DNA of 64,000 nucleotides from Azolla caroliniana (Eukaryota > Plantae > Polypodiophyta). Below the pieces are notes generated by a model. That model did not search any database and was not told the origin of the DNA. It saw only the letters and a program-made list of their open reading frames with translations. Below, one piece after another: positions 62,831 through 64,000 of this stretch. The stretch lies in assembly GCA_043228905.1 (NCBI GenBank), contig JBHGNT010000014.1:1984001-2048000 (forward strand), read 5' to 3'. Within the stretch, counting starts at the first letter, position 1. Each line of letters begins with the position of its first letter. The position numbers and the translations under genes were made by a program.

Positions 62831-64000
62831 TGTTAGGAAACAGGTCCTCCAGATGGGAAGTGAGAAGTCCCGGTGAGAGCCTGATGATGAGTACCCGGCA
62901 ACGGAAGACCTGGTGAGAACCGGATGACGAGTACCTGACAACGGAAGACCCGGTGAGAACCGGATGACGAGTACCCAGCAAGGAAGACCCGGTGAGAACC
63001 GGATGACGAGTGCCCGGCAAGAGCTGGATGATGCAAGCCCAATGAGGAGTGCTCAATGGATGAAGGGACATATTCGTAAATATGTTTCTGAGAATCCATT
63101 GGGGCTATATTTGTAAATAGCCGAAAAGTCATATTAGTATAAATATGACTTAGGGCAAACTTAGTGAGCTGCTGAAGTTGTCATTCTTGTTGGTGCAAGA
63201 TTTGAGTGCGTAACTGTGTACAGAGAGAGAGAGAGAGAGGATGAGGTTGTTGCCTCTGTTGTAACCACCACCTGTGGCGAAGATAGCAAGCTCGAGGTTG
63301 TTGCCTCGGTGCTTTTACTATTGTACATTGTGATATAGTGATAGTTTGCAGTCTGTGGGCTGCCGTGGTTTTTCCCTAGTTTGGGTTTTCCACGTTAACA
63401 TCCTGTGTACTCTTCTCTTCACTGTGTCGTGCATACATCACCCGTTTTCTGTGTTTGATCCTAGACTCGGTTGTGGCCGAGCGTTGTGTGTCGAGAGCAT
63501 GTAGGACTGTCAAAGTGGTATCAGAGCGAAATGACACAGAAAATGGACGAATCGTTGGGAGGCATGTTCAAGCTCACCGGCTCCAATTACTCAGTGTGGA
63601 AGTCGAAGATGAGGGACATGCTCGTGGTTAAAGATCTTTGGTTGCCGGTTCAGTTCGGGGACAAGAGACTGGACAAAATCGATGCCACGATATGGGAGGT
63701 GATGCACATGAAGACAACGGCGTACATATGGTGCTTCATCGACATGAGCCTATACAACAACTTCAATGAAGAGAGCAAGGCTTATGAGCTCTGGGAGAAG
63801 ATCGGCATTATGTTTCAGAACAAAAATGTCGTTAATCAGGTTTCGGTATTTCGAAAGCTAGTAAGACTCTGGTACCAAGATGGCTCCAGTATGGCGGAGC
63901 ACATGAATAGCTTCCAGGGGCTGATCCACCAGGCAACATCATTGGAAGTACCTCTCGCCGATGAGGTACTAGCACTACGCCTGCTCAGTTCCCTCCCAAA
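62831..64000 (+). mobile_element. Ty1/copia family C: 5' LTR (62831-63512), PBS and gag start, running off the window
   Basis: TGTTAGGAAACAGG...TGTCA; PBS TGGTATCAGAGC at about 63516; gag MDESLGGMFKLTGSNYSVWK from 63543, close to the copy at 44138. Confidence 0.92.

Overview
Land-plant nuclear DNA (GT-AG introns, Ty1/copia and Ty3/gypsy LTR elements with tRNA-iMet PBS; species not determinable from sequence alone). Three host genes are present: an 8-exon GH3 beta-glucosidase/beta-glucan exohydrolase (minus, 201-3622), an intronless calmodulin-like EF-hand gene (30015-30818) and a 3-exon F-box/PP2 gene (minus, 53731-55389). Most of the remainder is nested retrotransposons, plus a LINE 3' end and a hAT-type MITE. 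The standout is an apparently intact 8,984-bp DNA transposon (10485-19468) with perfect 37-bp TIRs and a 4-bp TSD (TTGT), inserted in a copia gag. It carries two divergent genes: a 917-aa Sola-like DDD transposase with a BAH-like C-terminus, and a 6-exon, about 969-aa gene fusing a ParB/Srx-like domain to a prokaryotic-type beta-class N6A/N4C DNA amino-methyltransferase. The first intron of that gene holds about 21 copies of a 23-bp palindrome at 41/51-bp spacing. All domain calls come from reading motifs by eye; no database searches were run.
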